The notes beneath the pieces are model-generated. The model ran no database searches. It had not been told where the DNA came from and worked only from the letters and a program-made list of their open reading frames with translations. From Lama glama (lineage: Eukaryota), in contig CM052818.1 in assembly GCA_028534125.1 (NCBI GenBank), forward strand, positions 23,376,001 through 23,440,000: a DNA stretch of 64,000 nt. The letters run 5' to 3'. Of this stretch, positions 51,380 to 64,000 are shown piece by piece; position 1 is the stretch's first letter, and every line of letters starts with the position of its first letter. The position numbers and the translations under genes are program-made.

Positions 51380-51590
51380 GAAGACATTATAAGAAGGCAG
51401 TTTCCAATTCGACATTATGTCAGAAACCTTTCTTATAAGCTGCTTTCTAAGACAGTAAGTCCCATGTCGCTGGAAGTGTTCAAACCACTCAAACCAGAGC
51501 AGACGATCTTCTGTTTAGGATATTGGAATAAGATTGGATGGAAGATTAGAGCCAGAAGGCCACTGAGTTCCCTGCTCTATGGAAGACTAA
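51380..51590 (+). mobile_element. L3/CR1 3' end fragment
   Basis: aggcagtttc...aacctttct...agtaagtcccatgtcgctggaagtgttcaa. Confidence 0.5.
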
Positions 51591-51770
51591 CCTTGAGTTT
51601 ACCTTTTTTAACCTGAAAGGCGTGTCTTGGTGCCTAGCCCAGCACCCAGGACGTTCTGGGCTTGGAGCAGATGCTCTTTGTAGAGTGTACATTTTCAAAG
51701 CTTAAAGGTCCATGCCTGCTGTTCCAGGCTCACTTCCCCCTGGAGACTCATTTTAAAAAGAAAAAAAAAA

Positions 51771-51846
51771 TTTTTTTAGTACAGGTACTGGAAATTGAAT
51801 CCAAGACCCCACACTTGCTAAGCATACACTCTACCACTGAGTTATG
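51771..51846 (-). mobile_element. Vic-1-like SINE (degraded)
   Basis: aggtactggaaattgaatccaagacc...gctaagcatacactctaccactgagttat. Confidence 0.85.
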
Positions 51847-53221
51847 AGGCTCCAGACATACTAGACTGTTTCTACTTCCTTAAATTTGTTCTGTTCTCTC
51901 TTACTTCCTTGTTTTTGACTTATATCTTCACGTTTGTGGAGTTTGTCCTCCCCTCCCTTTATTTCATTTGGCTAACTCTCGACGTGACCATTGGGGTAGT
52001 CTGACCTTGGTGTCCCTCAGTGTCCTTCGGTGCACCCTGGGCTTACCTCATGGACCCACAGGACCCACTGCATGACGCTATAATCCTCTCCTTGTCTCTC
52101 CCATATGAAATGTCCCTCTTCCTGGGGCCCAAGGACTGTGTCAAATGCCTTTTTGTTTCTCCCAATACCCATCACAGCGCTTGGCAGACTAGGGTCAAAT
52201 CGATGGTTGCCAAGTAAGTGAAATGAGCTGTGACTGTGGGTCCCAAGCCTTTTAGACCTAATGTGTTTCTGTTCCCTGATTTATTTTTGCCTCTGATCCT
52301 TCCTTTATGGGGCTGAATTACAAAGAATCTCAGGAGGAAAAAATAAATGATGATATAAGAAAAATTGCCTAAGTTCCTTGGAGGCACCAAACCACCCAGC
52401 ATCTCTTTTTCAGCCAATACTAACAAGAGACAGAGAGATTGAGCTGTGCTGGGCAATCCTTATCTACTTTTTAGTGTGACTTGGCAGAATTAGATTATTC
52501 TTTCTCTTGCCCTTCAGGGAGTAGTTGGATGCCTAAAATTCAAACCAGTACTTTTTTCCAGATATCGGATCTGGAAAAATTTTTGTCAAAACAATGAAGT
52601 GGTGCAGGGGTAATCACTCAGTGGGCACTGGAACTTTCTCTGGGCATCAGTTTAATTAACCAAGTTTGTTGTAAAGCTGTACTTTGGGTCCTTTCATGCA
52701 TGTGTAGCATTCCTGAACCAAATTTATGGAAATGTATTGGGGCAGTGAGCATTTAAAGAACTTCAGGGAATAAGTCAGAATTGAAAGTTCCAAACAAGTG
52801 TAATTATTATTGCATGCATGTTGAGTTCAAACCCTTGGCCCTCCTGGGAACAGGCTGACTTCACAGAGCGCCTTATTAATTAGAGCAAAAATGAATGTGC
52901 TGCCTGAGTAGTTCTCGCCTCTCTTTGGGCTAACCTTGGGGGACTCACGTCAGCTTTCTGGACCTCACTTTCCTCAGCTGAAAAATTAGGGCTTTGTTCA
53001 TATTTAGGATCTCCCCCTTTTAAAAAAAATCTGTAAATAAGGCATAAACATCTGCTTTTCCTCTTTCTGAAGACCTGTACCTGAAAAGTAGCTTTGTGGC
53101 TGAGATGATAAACTTATTAAACATAATTTATTTATGCAGTGAATGTTCATTGAACACTTACTATGTGGAAGTCACTGAGTTTATAGCCAAGTCCTTGTTC
53201 TTAGGAAGTATGGAGTCTAGA

Positions 53222-53440
53222 ATCGGACTTGGCAAACTTCTTCTGTAGAAGGTCAGATGGTAAATATTTTGGGCTTTTCAGACTGGTGTCTGTGGTAACT
53301 ACTCAACTCTGCCTTTGTGAGGGGAAGGGACCCACAAGTACTACGCAGATGAGTGGGTATGATCACTATATAAATGATCACTATTTACAAAAACAGGGTG
53401 GGCCTGATTTGGCCCATGGGCTGGAGGTTGTAGACCTCTG
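53222..53440 (-). mobile_element. MER58A-like MITE
   Basis: ttggcaaacttcttctgtagaaggtcagatggtaaatattttgggc...actactcaactctgcc...tatttacaaaaacagg. Confidence 0.85.
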
Positions 53441-53969
53441 ACCCAGAAGGTGGAGACATTTAGTAAATGCATCCAAAAATGGGTATGGAAGATTTAAGGA
53501 GTGATAAGCATCAATTTCCCTGAGCTGTAAGATCAAGTAGAGACACAACATTCACTGACAACTCAATATTTATGATCAATACCATCTCACTTTGCACAGG
53601 TTTAAATATTGGCTAGGTGTTCCCTATGTCATGGAGCCTAAGCATACTAATTAAAAAAAAAAACTTTGACTTTAATAAGAAACAAAATGAAGATGAGGAA
53701 AGCTGTGAGTGCCAACACATAATTAATCACCACAATGGTGTGCAGGCTTTGTCTGCTAGCATTTAGCGCAGCTTGTCTGAATCAGGTTGAGGATGGGGGA
53801 TTCATGACCTGTCCTAAATTGCAGGTTGAGGGGCTGCTGAGGGCAGACAGATTTCCACAGAGATTGGTCATTCTGAAATGATGATTTAAATGTATGGCAT
53901 TTGGTGACATACAATTGATCAATAATGTGCTTACAATTTCTGCTTTCCTTCTATTCACTCAGTTTTCTA

Positions 53970-54099
53970 TTTCTTTTGTTTTTACTTTTGTTTTTTTAAA
54001 CACAAACCAGTTTTTTTTTTAAATGGAGGTACTGGGGATTGAACCTAGGACCTCATTCATGCTAAACATGCACTTTACCACTGAGCTATACCCACCCCC
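53970..54099 (-). mobile_element. Vic-1-like SINE
   Basis: atggaggtactggggattgaacctaggacct...ccactgagctataccc with T-rich tail. Confidence 0.9.
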
Positions 54100-54707
54100 A
54101 CACTCAATCTTCATTTATACAGATTTTCTGTAATTGGAAAATGAGTCAGAACCAAGAAAATAGGTTTAATCATTTAAAAATGCATTTTGGAAAAATCTAA
54201 ATGCACCTCTCATTTGTTGCCAATGCAGAGACAAAAAAAAAAAAAAGAAGAAGAAGAAGGAGAAAAAGGGCTCATTTGTTTTGTGGCGCCAGGCTTCTTA
54301 AAAAAACAATGGAGATTTAACGATACTTCTTTGTGGAGAAGTTTATTTGCAGACCTGTCCAAGAGACTTACGATTAGCAAAGAAAACAATTTTACTACCC
54401 GGTGATGATTTTGCTGCTCTGTGGCTGCAGTGGCGAAACTGCCTTCCTCTGCAGTCATTTTCAGTTGTTTTGCTTTTGTGGCGAGCTGGTCTGCTGCAGA
54501 GGAAGGCTGGCGAGTCCTTGGCCGTGCTTTCCTCTGTGGTCTTTTCCTGAAACTTCGTCTGCATCAGGCCTGCTGGGCTGATGGAGGAAAAAAAATAAAG
54601 ACCCCATCAATGATGTGTTTGGACAGAGGAAATGACATTTAGACCCACTGTGGAGCAGGCCCTAGCAAGCAGATACATAATATTTCACTCCAAGAGAATT
54701 AGCAGCA

Positions 54708-54779
54708 ATATTTTTTTAAAAACTTGAAGTACAGTCAGTTACAATGTGTCAATTCCTAGTGTAAAGCACAACGTCCCAG
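54708..54779 (-). mobile_element. Ultra-short camelid-type L1 3'-end insertion with 14-bp TSD
   Basis: ttgaagtacagtcagttacaatgtgtcaatt...gcacaacgtcccag; TSD gagaattagcagca (54694-54707) / gagaagtagcagca (54780-54793). Confidence 0.85.
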
Positions 54780-55304
54780 GAGAAGTAGCAGCAGGATTTT
54801 TGGATGCTTGTGAAGGACAGATAACTGGACCCCATCATCGTGTATAGACCCATGTAATTCACATTGGGTCTCGTCCTTTCCTTTTGCACCAGTGGTCAAC
54901 AGCCGACCACCTGGGGATGCTGGGCAGCTTGTTCAAGCATCCTAAGGCAAAGGGGAAAAGAAGTGGATATTTGTCGATTGCCTACTACGGGGGCATTTTT
55001 ATAGACTTAATCTCACTTAATCTTAATACCATTCACCTTAGGCGGAAATCAAAGCTCAGAGAAGCTAAGGAGGTTAAATAATTTGTTCCAAGTCATGTAC
55101 CCAGTAAGTAACTGACCAAGGGTTTAACTGCAGCTGGGACTCCAAAGCTTCTTTCTACTCTACGCTGTTTCAAAATGGTTGAATCAGAAATAGCCAAGCT
55201 ATTTTGCTAGCAATTCAAAGAAAGAAATAGAATTACAACCTAGTACAAATTGAAATCTAGTACAAAGCTTTCCATTCATAGGCAGGGAAGGTAAGGGCCC
55301 CATG

Positions 55305-55487
55305 CAGTGGTTCTCAATTTTGGGGTACGTTGGAATCATATGGGAAGTTTGGAAAAAATGCTGGAGCTTGTGTCTCTTCCCCACTGATTCTGATTTGATT
55401 GTCCTTTGGTGTGACTGGGACATGGGGATTTTTTAAAAGGTCCCCAGGTGATTCTGATGTGCAGCCATCCAGGGCTAAGAACCACTG
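55305..55487. mobile_element. MER5A-like MITE with intact TIRs
   Basis: cagtggttct ... agaaccactg terminal inverted repeats; tccccaggtgattctgatgtgcagcc. Confidence 0.88.
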
Positions 55488-56162
55488 GCATAGAGAGGTT
55501 ACATGATGGGATAAAGGTGAACATCGTCTTGCAGGCTCATCTGGATGTGGTTCATGGGGGGACTTAAAAAGTACAGATAAATATTTCTGAGACAGAAAAG
55601 AGATAATCTTTGGAGTCTGCAGTTACAACAGCTTTTTGTCCAAATCACAGCAAATTTCATGGCTTACTATGAATCCCAGTGCCAGACTGTGTCCCTTAGG
55701 TACATAAAGAGTGTGGTTCTAAAGCATTTTAACTATGAATTTGGGATCTAACATTTGAGATTTTGCTTTAGGAAGAAAGCATAATACTCCAATAACAAAA
55801 ATGATGGAATGTACAATTTCAGAAAGGCCAAGAATAAATGACACCAAGCCTGGAAATTATTTTCCTGGATTTTTAATTCTGGGAGAAATTCCTAATTTAA
55901 TAGAATGTAAGTGTGGATGGAATCTTAGGGTAAGGGTATGGGGGAAAATTTTACATGAATTCAGTGAGTATAAGAAAAACCTGATACACTGGTTCCCATT
56001 ACATGGTTTTGTTTAGCTCAGCTGGAAGAGATGACAGCTTTGAAAACCAGTTGTCCTTGGATTGGTGGCAGTGACTGGTGCTTTTCAAGAAGAATAGGTT
56101 TTAGACTGGGAGCCAGTGATGTGGGCGTTTACAGTTTATAACGCATAGTTACATACATCCAA

Positions 56163-56565
56163 TGAGGGAGTAATTGCAAAATGGCCCTATATCTTCACTC
56201 TTCCATGTATACATGCCCTTTGAAGTGTGATTTTGGAGTCTTTTCCCCCAGCCCTTGAATCTAGGCTGGTCTTGTGATTTATGGAGCTAACTGATGTTGT
56301 GCCAGTTCTGGACTTGCATGCTTTCTCTGCCTCTGTAATGGGAACAAACCTGGGCTTGCCTATTGGAGGTGAGAGGCCACATGGAGCAGAGTTAGCTGTC
56401 CCAGGGATGTCATGCTACATCAGCCAGCAACCCGCTGACCACCAGGCACATGTTCAGACCAGTAAAACTGTCCCATCGAGTTCAGCCAAGAGCAGCAGAC
56501 TGCCTAGCCTTCTCATGGACCCAGGAGAAATAACAAGTTAAGTTACTGTGGCAAAAGACCGCAGT
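56163..56565 (+). mobile_element. MaLR solo LTR (MLT1H-like)
   Basis: attgcaaaatggcc...atgccctttgaagtgtga...cccttgaatctaggctgg...tgagaggccacatggagcagag...cagccaagagcagcag. Confidence 0.7.
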
Positions 56566-59549
56566 TACACATTCTCATGTGACTATAGAAGGAATTCTAA
56601 TAACCCCTTTCCAGATGAAGAGACTGAGGTTCTGAGAGGTTACATTTAGGAGGTGCCCCGCCATCGTGGAAAGGATGGGTTTCAAATTATACACAGGCTT
56701 TTAAACCTGGGGAAACCCTTGGTTCTGATACCTACTAGTTGTAAAACCTTGGGATGATTAAGTTTTAATCTGTTTCTCCATCTATAAAGAGAGGATAATA
56801 AGATCTTGCTTGTTAAATTGCTGTGAGGATTAAAGGAGACAATCTATTCTCTGTGTAAAGGGCTGAGATCATTGTAAGTTCTCGGTAAGTTACAGCTGTG
56901 ATGATGGTGATGAGAATTGCTCAAGATCACATGGCCAGGAGGAGTCAGGGACATGAATTCAGGTCTTGTAATTCCTAATTCAACAAACTTTCTGTCTCCT
57001 TTCCCCCCCTCCTCTATTTCCTTTTCTTCTCTTCATTTCTCTTTCCTGCCTTTACCTCCTCTGATGTGTTCTAAGGGCTTATTTTATGTTTTCAAGCTAC
57101 CGTCAGATTTACCATATTTTAAAAAACCTTGCTTTGTCCTTGGAGTGTTTCCTCACCTTGCATAAAGATTATTCGCTACCAACAATGCTTTTTATATTTT
57201 GTGCTGCTCTCAACTGCCCACCTCTGTATATTTGCGAGTACAGGTTTATTCCTGCATTTCCACTTTATTGCAATAAAATGAACTCCTTGGAATAAACATT
57301 TTTGTCCTTGCTTTAAATGTTGTGCCAATTTGTTTTTTATTTCTCCACGTTCAGATGATTTCTCGTCCCGAACTCCTAGAAACCAGTGAGCAAAGATGTT
57401 TTGCCGCACACGGCCCAGGTGTGTGGGCGGTCAGTGAACAGCACTGACTTGTGGGTTAATTCTGTGCAGAAGAAAAACAGTGCATCTCAGAGTCCCACTG
57501 TCTAAAATCTTGGAGAGAAAGGAAACATATATCAAGATTATTTGTGGAAGCCGTTATTCAGTACTGCTGGCTTCATCAAAATGTCTTTTAGCTAAAATTT
57601 GGAAGCCTACTATTAATCAAGTTGCCTTGGGAAAGATCACTACTTCCCTCAGGATCCTGCTTTTAGCATCAAAAAGCAGATGTTTTGCTAGATAAGAAAT
57701 AAGCATTTTAAACAGCAACATGCAGAGTTTAGTCAGCAAGAAACACCAAGTTTAATTTACGGTCATGGCTGTTTTTTTCCCTCCTGAATTATTAACTCCA
57801 ATGATGCTAACGAGAACTAGTCCTTAGCCTTCTGAGGTTGCTAGTCTTTTTATTTGAGATCAGGGTATTCTATCATTTCTACTTTTAACCATCAAAAGCC
57901 TGATGATTCGACCTGTGGTCTTCTGAGTAACTATGTATGTATGTATACCATATGATTTTTGTATAATCATATACCCAGATTTTTAAAAATCAGTAATTGT
58001 GGATCTTTAAGCATAATTTTTGATACTCATACCCCTGGAAGTACGGCTACAATACTTTCACTTTCTATCCATTTCTCTTTGTAAATTACCACTGCTATCC
58101 CCTTAGGTGGCACAACTGAATGAGATTTTAAGTTAAAAATGACATAAATGGAATATTCTGGGTTTGTTTGTTATAAGAAACTGGTGGCTAGTAAAACAAT
58201 CTACTTGAAGAAAGAGAAACAAAGCACTGACTTAGGTTGTGGTTTAAGACCCATTTTTCTGTTTTTGTTTTTTTGCCTTTCCTGCATAATTGTTAAACCA
58301 AGGACACTCATGGCACAGAGCTGGAGGTGTGGCTTGGTAAATAATCACTGTTGGTTTTTTTTTTTTTTTTTGATAGCAGAGAGATTTAAGTGCAATGAAA
58401 TCCTGAGATCTGAGCATTAGTTGGTACGTGGATGTCACTTAGGACTTATATTCAATAATGGAGCCTTTATGGCATTCCATCAGACAGCCATACTCTCCGT
58501 TGGAACCCTCCTAGTGAGGGGGCACTCATCACTTGAAGAGGCAGTGTATCCTTTATGGCATCGCACATTTTGTTATAAAAGTTGTAATTAGCTACTTAAT
58601 TCCATTCTCCACGAAGCAGTGTAGCTGGTTTGGGCACCAGCACCAAAGATACTCAGAATCTGAAAGGAGGCCCAAGGGTAGAAATTCAAGGCTGTTCTGT
58701 GCCTACCGTTTATAGTCCTGTTGGCTGTCGTGCTGTCGCCATCTGGTACTTTTTTCTTTCTGTTAAGTGACTGGGAGGACATCATAGAGTCTACCCATAT
58801 TTTAGTTTTTTTTCCTAGAATGTTCCTGTTGACCTAGAACTCAGCAGCGTAGTTGGACATACAGAGTGCTGTTCTCCAAATTTAACCGTAGAATGGGAGC
58901 TGAGAGTGAGGTGGTGGTTCTCTGTGTGTGGTTGGGCTTGGCTTGGTGTTAGGCAAATTTGGTGTATCCAGAACTTTATCTTCGTCGGCTTTTAAAAACC
59001 TTCTTCCTGGGTGAGATGAAGACACAGATTCAGAGGTTTATCTCTCAGAATATCAGTGGTAAAGGCTTTTTTTTTTTTTTTTTTTGGTGCCAGCTGCTCA
59101 TGAGCTTTCTTCATAAAGCTACGAAAATGTATACTTATACATGAATTCTGAGATAACCATTTGAACCTTTAGAAGTTATAGAAGGAAGTCCGAGAACCTT
59201 ACCATTGTATATGTTAACTTTTTTCTTTGTGTTAGAGACTTGCTAGATATTATTAAGCCCATTTGCTTTTCCTAGGTGCACAGAAAGTTTGCTTTTCCCA
59301 TTATCCCTTGCATTTGGTTTGGGGTTTTGTTCAGTGAAATATGGTTGGAAGCGCGGTGTGCTACTTGTAGGCCTGGTCCTAAAACCCGCTGTGTAATCTT
59401 CTACATTCACCTTCCCTTTCTGGGAAGGCCGTGTGTTGGGATGACAGTATCACAAGATACAAGGAGACAATCTCTGAGTCACTTAGTCCAGTTCTCAATT
59501 CTTCCATAATTATTTTTTACATTAAAGTCATTATCATTTGAAAAGAAAA

Positions 59550-59685
59550 ATTTGGAGAGGGGGAGACATAATTGGGTTTGTTTATTTATTTATTTACTTA
59601 TTTTGGATGGAGGTACTGGGGATTGAACCTAGGACCTTATGCATGCTAAGCACACACTCTACCACTGAGCTATTCCCTCCCCCCC
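59550..59685 (-). mobile_element. Vic-1-like SINE
   Basis: tttatttattt...atggaggtactggggattgaacctaggacct...gctaagcacacactctaccactgagctattccctcccc. Confidence 0.92.
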
Positions 59686-60869
59686 ATTTTAATTATGCAA
59701 TTAAAATAAAAAGAAACCTTCCCTATTTCTTTACCTTATTACATAGGTATTTTAATTTTGTAAGTGGAATAGGAAAGAAAAAATCATGGTAAGTTGGCAA
59801 TTTTAAAATAATGAAGTAACTCGAAAGGAAATGACTGTATATAAGAGATACAGGATCAAGGAAAAAACTTACAAAATTTAATATTCAGAGGTTGGACAAA
59901 TGAAACACTGACAAATTGCCGTTCAAAAAATCATTTTGATTTGAATGTTTCTAAAACTTGATTATATGCTCCAGTGTTAAAAATCAATCCCTTTTCCAAA
60001 TGCTGAAACAAATGATTCCTGAAGGGTCCAATTTGTTTTCCAGTGTAGCTTAAAATCAAAAGGAAAATGTTGGTGCAGTAAAGCATGTTCTACTGTAATA
60101 GAATTTTCCTCTCCATTTGCTACAGTGACATTGCTTGAACGGAGTGGTATGAATAGCCATATACAATATATTATTTTTCTAAGTCTTAATAAAAATATCA
60201 TACATTTTTTTCACCAGCTTTAAGATTGATATGCCCCGATCAATATGACACAAATCTTATTGAGAAATCACAGGCAAAACACAAGCTAAGCACACTTTCA
60301 ATTTAGAGAACAGTGTGTCCTGGTGAACAGTTTGTAATGACTAATCTGTAGGAACCTTAATTACTCAACAGAATCGATGTGCTAGCCTGGGATGGTACCA
60401 GGCTTCCTGCTCATCCATGTCCATCCACCCACTCAGTTGCTGTCTCTGCTTCATAATATGCTCCCCCACATCTCTACTTGGGAAGCGTCCTTTGAATATT
60501 CTCATTTTTGCAGATGCTATGCACTTTTTTTCTTGGGTGAGCATATCTAGAGCTTAATTAACCTTTATTACTTTGAAATCCATTCTCATTCTTAGGTTTA
60601 ATTTATGTCTTTCTGCTTTTGAATTTTCAAAGATGGGGTTGGATAACCATAGAAACATTTGGGAAAATCTAATAATTATCCGGCTTGGCCACTACAAGTG
60701 CATAATTGCTAGCAAATTATCCTCCTTTGCTGAATCTCTATTTTACTGTCAGGAACTGACAGCAATTACCACTATTTACCTCCAAGTAGATTATTCATTT
60801 TGATATTTGTCTTTTAAAATGCTAGAAAACCCCATTATGGCTGATAAGAGGGCTATAAAAAAGACAACG

Positions 60870-61070
60870 TGATGTGGAAAGCTGGGCATGAATCTAGGCT
60901 CTGTCACTTATCGCCTTAAAATCTTAGACAAGTCATTTAATCTCCAAGCCTGTTTCTTCAAATATGGAATGGGATAATCTTACCGCTATCACAGGGTTGT
61001 TATGAGGCTGATGTAGACAAGTGCCTGGCACAGGGCTGGTCTACAGAAAGGGCTCCATAAATGTTCATTA
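60870..61070 (+). mobile_element. MIR SINE
   Basis: gaatctaggctctgtcactta...agacaagtcatttaatctc...tcacagggttgttatgagg...gtgcctggcacag. Confidence 0.8.
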
Positions 61071-61339
61071 ACTTTGAAGACACTGGATGTGAAACCTCAG
61101 TTCTCCTATAAATGGCACAGAGCGGTGGAGAGTGATGCAATCCTGTAAGTAGTCAGTTAGCTCTTTGTTGATCCGGGATGATTCCAAGTTTATGCTGAAT
61201 AAATAATTCTGATTGATTTAATCCTTTCCTTTTACCATCCTTAAGAGTGGAGAAAGTCAAGAGGGAAAGATCTTTTGACTATTTGCTTATAATTCTAAAA
61301 GAAATTCAGGAAGTCAAAAGTCCTGCCAATTCATACTCT

Positions 61340-61925
61340 GCTCCAAACCGTCTCATAGAGTTCATACTATTTGGAGTAAAATATAAAGTCCTTACCATGG
61401 CCCACAGGGCCCCATGAGATCGGAGGTGGGCTGGATCTCAGTTTCCTCCCTCTCCTTATCACTCACTCTTCCAGCCCCACATGCCTTCTTGCTTTTTTTG
61501 ACCTCTCTGAGTTCATTCCCATTTGAAGTGCTTTGACATTGTCATTCATTACACGGAACATCTCCCTTCCTCTCTGATTTTTGCATAGCTGGATCCTTTC
61601 TATCATCTAAGTGGTTCCTCCAATGTCACTTCCTCAGTAAGAATTCCCTACAAATAGTCACCTCCTCACCCCATCCCATCACCCTCTACTCCACCGATCT
61701 GCATCTTTTTCTTATGCAATGATGAAAATATAAAAGAGCACTTATAATCACTAAACATTATCTCATGTATGTGTTTGTTTGCTTGTTTGTTATTTGTCTC
61801 TCCCACTAAAATGTAAGTCCCAAGAGAGCAGAGAATATTGTTTCGCTCGTTGCTATCCCTCATACCTAGAACAGAGCCCAGCACAAGCAGGTCCTCAAAA
61901 ATATTTGTTGCATAAATTCATTTAC
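61340..61925 (+). mobile_element. L2a-like 3' end
   Basis: aaagtccttaccatggcc...aatgtcacttcctcag...cccactaaaatgtaag...cctagaacagagcccagcac...aaatatttgttg. Confidence 0.82.
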
Positions 61926-62715
61926 TGGGTGACTTGACCTTCTTACTGTTAGGCACTGGGGTACTGTGTCTACAATGCAAGAAAGCATTAAAAGGCCCAA
62001 ATCTTATGGACTCAGAGGTAGACACACTTAATTCTCTGCAATTGAGAGCTTGATGAAGGAGGATTCTTTTAGAATTACTGAATTTCCTGCTGGTAAAGAG
62101 AGACTTATGAGGGAGGTGCTGACTTGGGACATTATGTCACTCTGGGTGCTAAGAGCCATCAGGAAATTGGTAAAGACCTTGTGATTTCTATGACAGTACT
62201 GAATATGCTTTGGCTGTCATTCTGCAGGGCAGAGAGAAGTGAAATCTTACTAGTCATTATAAGAATGAGAACCGGAGACTAGGATGAACTGAAAATGAAT
62301 GAATGAATGCTCTGTTCATGAATGTTACTGACAAAGACCTGCCCACAATGATCCCTAAGCTGTCACACTGACCCATGGAGAGGCTTTGTGACTCCGTCCT
62401 GCCTGTGAACACTGTCCAACTACATTCCCTGCCTTTCCGGCTGGTGCTGTTCCATGTTTATTTTTAAAAGGCCTTTATCTATGGTCTCATTATTTTCCCT
62501 CTTTATAATATTTTACTCTTTTATCTTACATTTGTTTAAACATTTCAAATTGTCTGCAAAGCATCATATGCCTAAGATAATTTGAATTGTATAGAAGAGT
62601 TACTGATAAAAGCAAGTGGCTCCTGCCGCATTTATCTCTTCCCCTAAGTTTCCCTGAGGCCAACTCCTTTATTTGTATTTCCAGTTCTTCTGATGTTCAG
62701 TGCTAAAACTCTAGA

Positions 62716-63025
62716 GTAGTTCTGTCTAAAAAATTTAACATGAGCCATACCTATAATTTTAAATTATCTAATAGCCACATGAAAAAGTGAAAATGCACTT
62801 AGAAAGCTTATTTTGTTAATATGTTTTATTTAACCTAGTTTATCCAAAATATTGTCATTTCAACATATAATCAAATAGAGCTTATTAATGAGATATTTCA
62901 CATTTTTCTATTTTTTTCAAAATCTGTTGTGTATTTTATACTTGCAGCACATTTCAATTTGGATTAGATTTATTTTAAGTGCTCACCAGCCATATGTGGC
63001 TGGTGGCTACCAAACTGAACAGTGA
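62716..63025. mobile_element. MER33 hAT-Charlie element
   Basis: taattttaaattatctaatagccacat...tatccaaaatattgtcatttcaacat...tattaatgagatattt...agccatatgtggctggtggctacc. Confidence 0.85.
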
Positions 63026-63296
63026 TGATCCAGGTATGTGTGCCAGGTTGTTGTTTTTTGTTTTTTGTTTTGATTTGTAATATATAGTATATATTTATTA
63101 TACATAATAAGTATAATTTCTCTTTGATGTGAAAGATAATGTTGCTTAAAGACTATTCTTTTCTCCTATCCTCTTCCTAATGTTTTTGGATACATACACA
63201 TGCACAAACATACATGTATCTGTATATATGTGTATAATTTATACTTACAATTTTAGTTCTTTTATTGGTTACTTTGATAACTTTAAATAATATACC

Positions 63297-64000
63297 TAAT
63301 GTGATTGATATATCACATTAGCAAATTGAAGAATAAAAACCATATGATCATTTCAATAGATGCAAAAAAAGCTTTTTGATAAAATTCAATATCCATTTAT
63401 GATAAAAATCTCCAGACAGTGGGCATAGAGGGAATATACCTCAACATAATAAAGGCTATATATGACAAACCCACAGCTAAGTCATACTCAGTGGTGAAAA
63501 GCTAAAAGCATTCCCTTTAAGATCAGGAATAAGACAAATATGCCCACCCTCACCACTTGTATTCAACATAGTTTTGGAAGTCCTAGCCATAGCAATCAAA
63601 GAAGAAAAAGAAATAAAAGGAATCCAAACTGCAAAGGAAGTAAAACTGTCACTGTTTGCAGATGACATGATACTATACACAGTTTAAAGAGGCTACCAGA
63701 AAACTACTAGAGCTTATCAATGAATTAAGTAAAGTTGCAGGATAGAAAATTAATATACAGCAATCAGTTGCATTTCTATACACTAACAATGAACTGTCAG
63801 AAAAAGAAATTAAGGAAACAATCCCATTTATCATCACATCAAAAAGAATAAAATACCTAGGAATAAACATACCTAAAGAGGCAAAAGATCTGTACTCTGA
63901 AAACTATAAGACACTGATGGAAGAAACTGAAGATGACACAAACAGATAGAATGATATACCGTGCTTTTAGATTGAAGAATTAATATTGTTAAAATGGCCA
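63297..64000 (+). mobile_element. L1 ORF2 reverse-transcriptase region (disrupted), running off the window end
   Basis: Encodes [32 protein letters not shown] and LFADDM (63652-63669), with frameshifts and stops. Confidence 0.95.

Noticed and set aside
1..64000. CRISPR array, operon, miRNA/snoRNA or named host gene
   Set aside because: Mammalian repeat-rich DNA with no regularly spaced repeat-spacer array, no mature small-RNA sequence I recognise and no coding exon to assign a gene.

Overview
This is mammalian non-coding DNA, very probably camelid. It carries about 8 copies of a tRNA-derived SINE matching the camelid Vic-1 type and short camelid/artiodactyl-type L1 3' ends. I found no credible protein-coding exon, RNA gene or prokaryote-type system. 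The only ORF-track peptides I recognise are decayed L1 ORF2 fragments. The window reads as a large intron or intergenic region full of L1, L2, L3/CR1, MIR, MaLR/ERV1 solo LTRs and hAT/Tigger MITEs, with a 100-N assembly gap at 43811-43910. Repeat subfamily names come from my recollection of consensus sequences, not a search, and most repeat boundaries are approximate. I cannot identify a host gene and cannot support a novel biological system. Best leads: a 45-bp SINE fragment apparently copied from a neighbouring SINE (1108-1162), a CTCF-like site with upstream motif (7308-7340), a perfect 20-bp palindrome (10377-10396), an inverted TAATCC cluster (14436-14486), several candidate + strand exons, and a gap that may hide a CpG-rich promoter.
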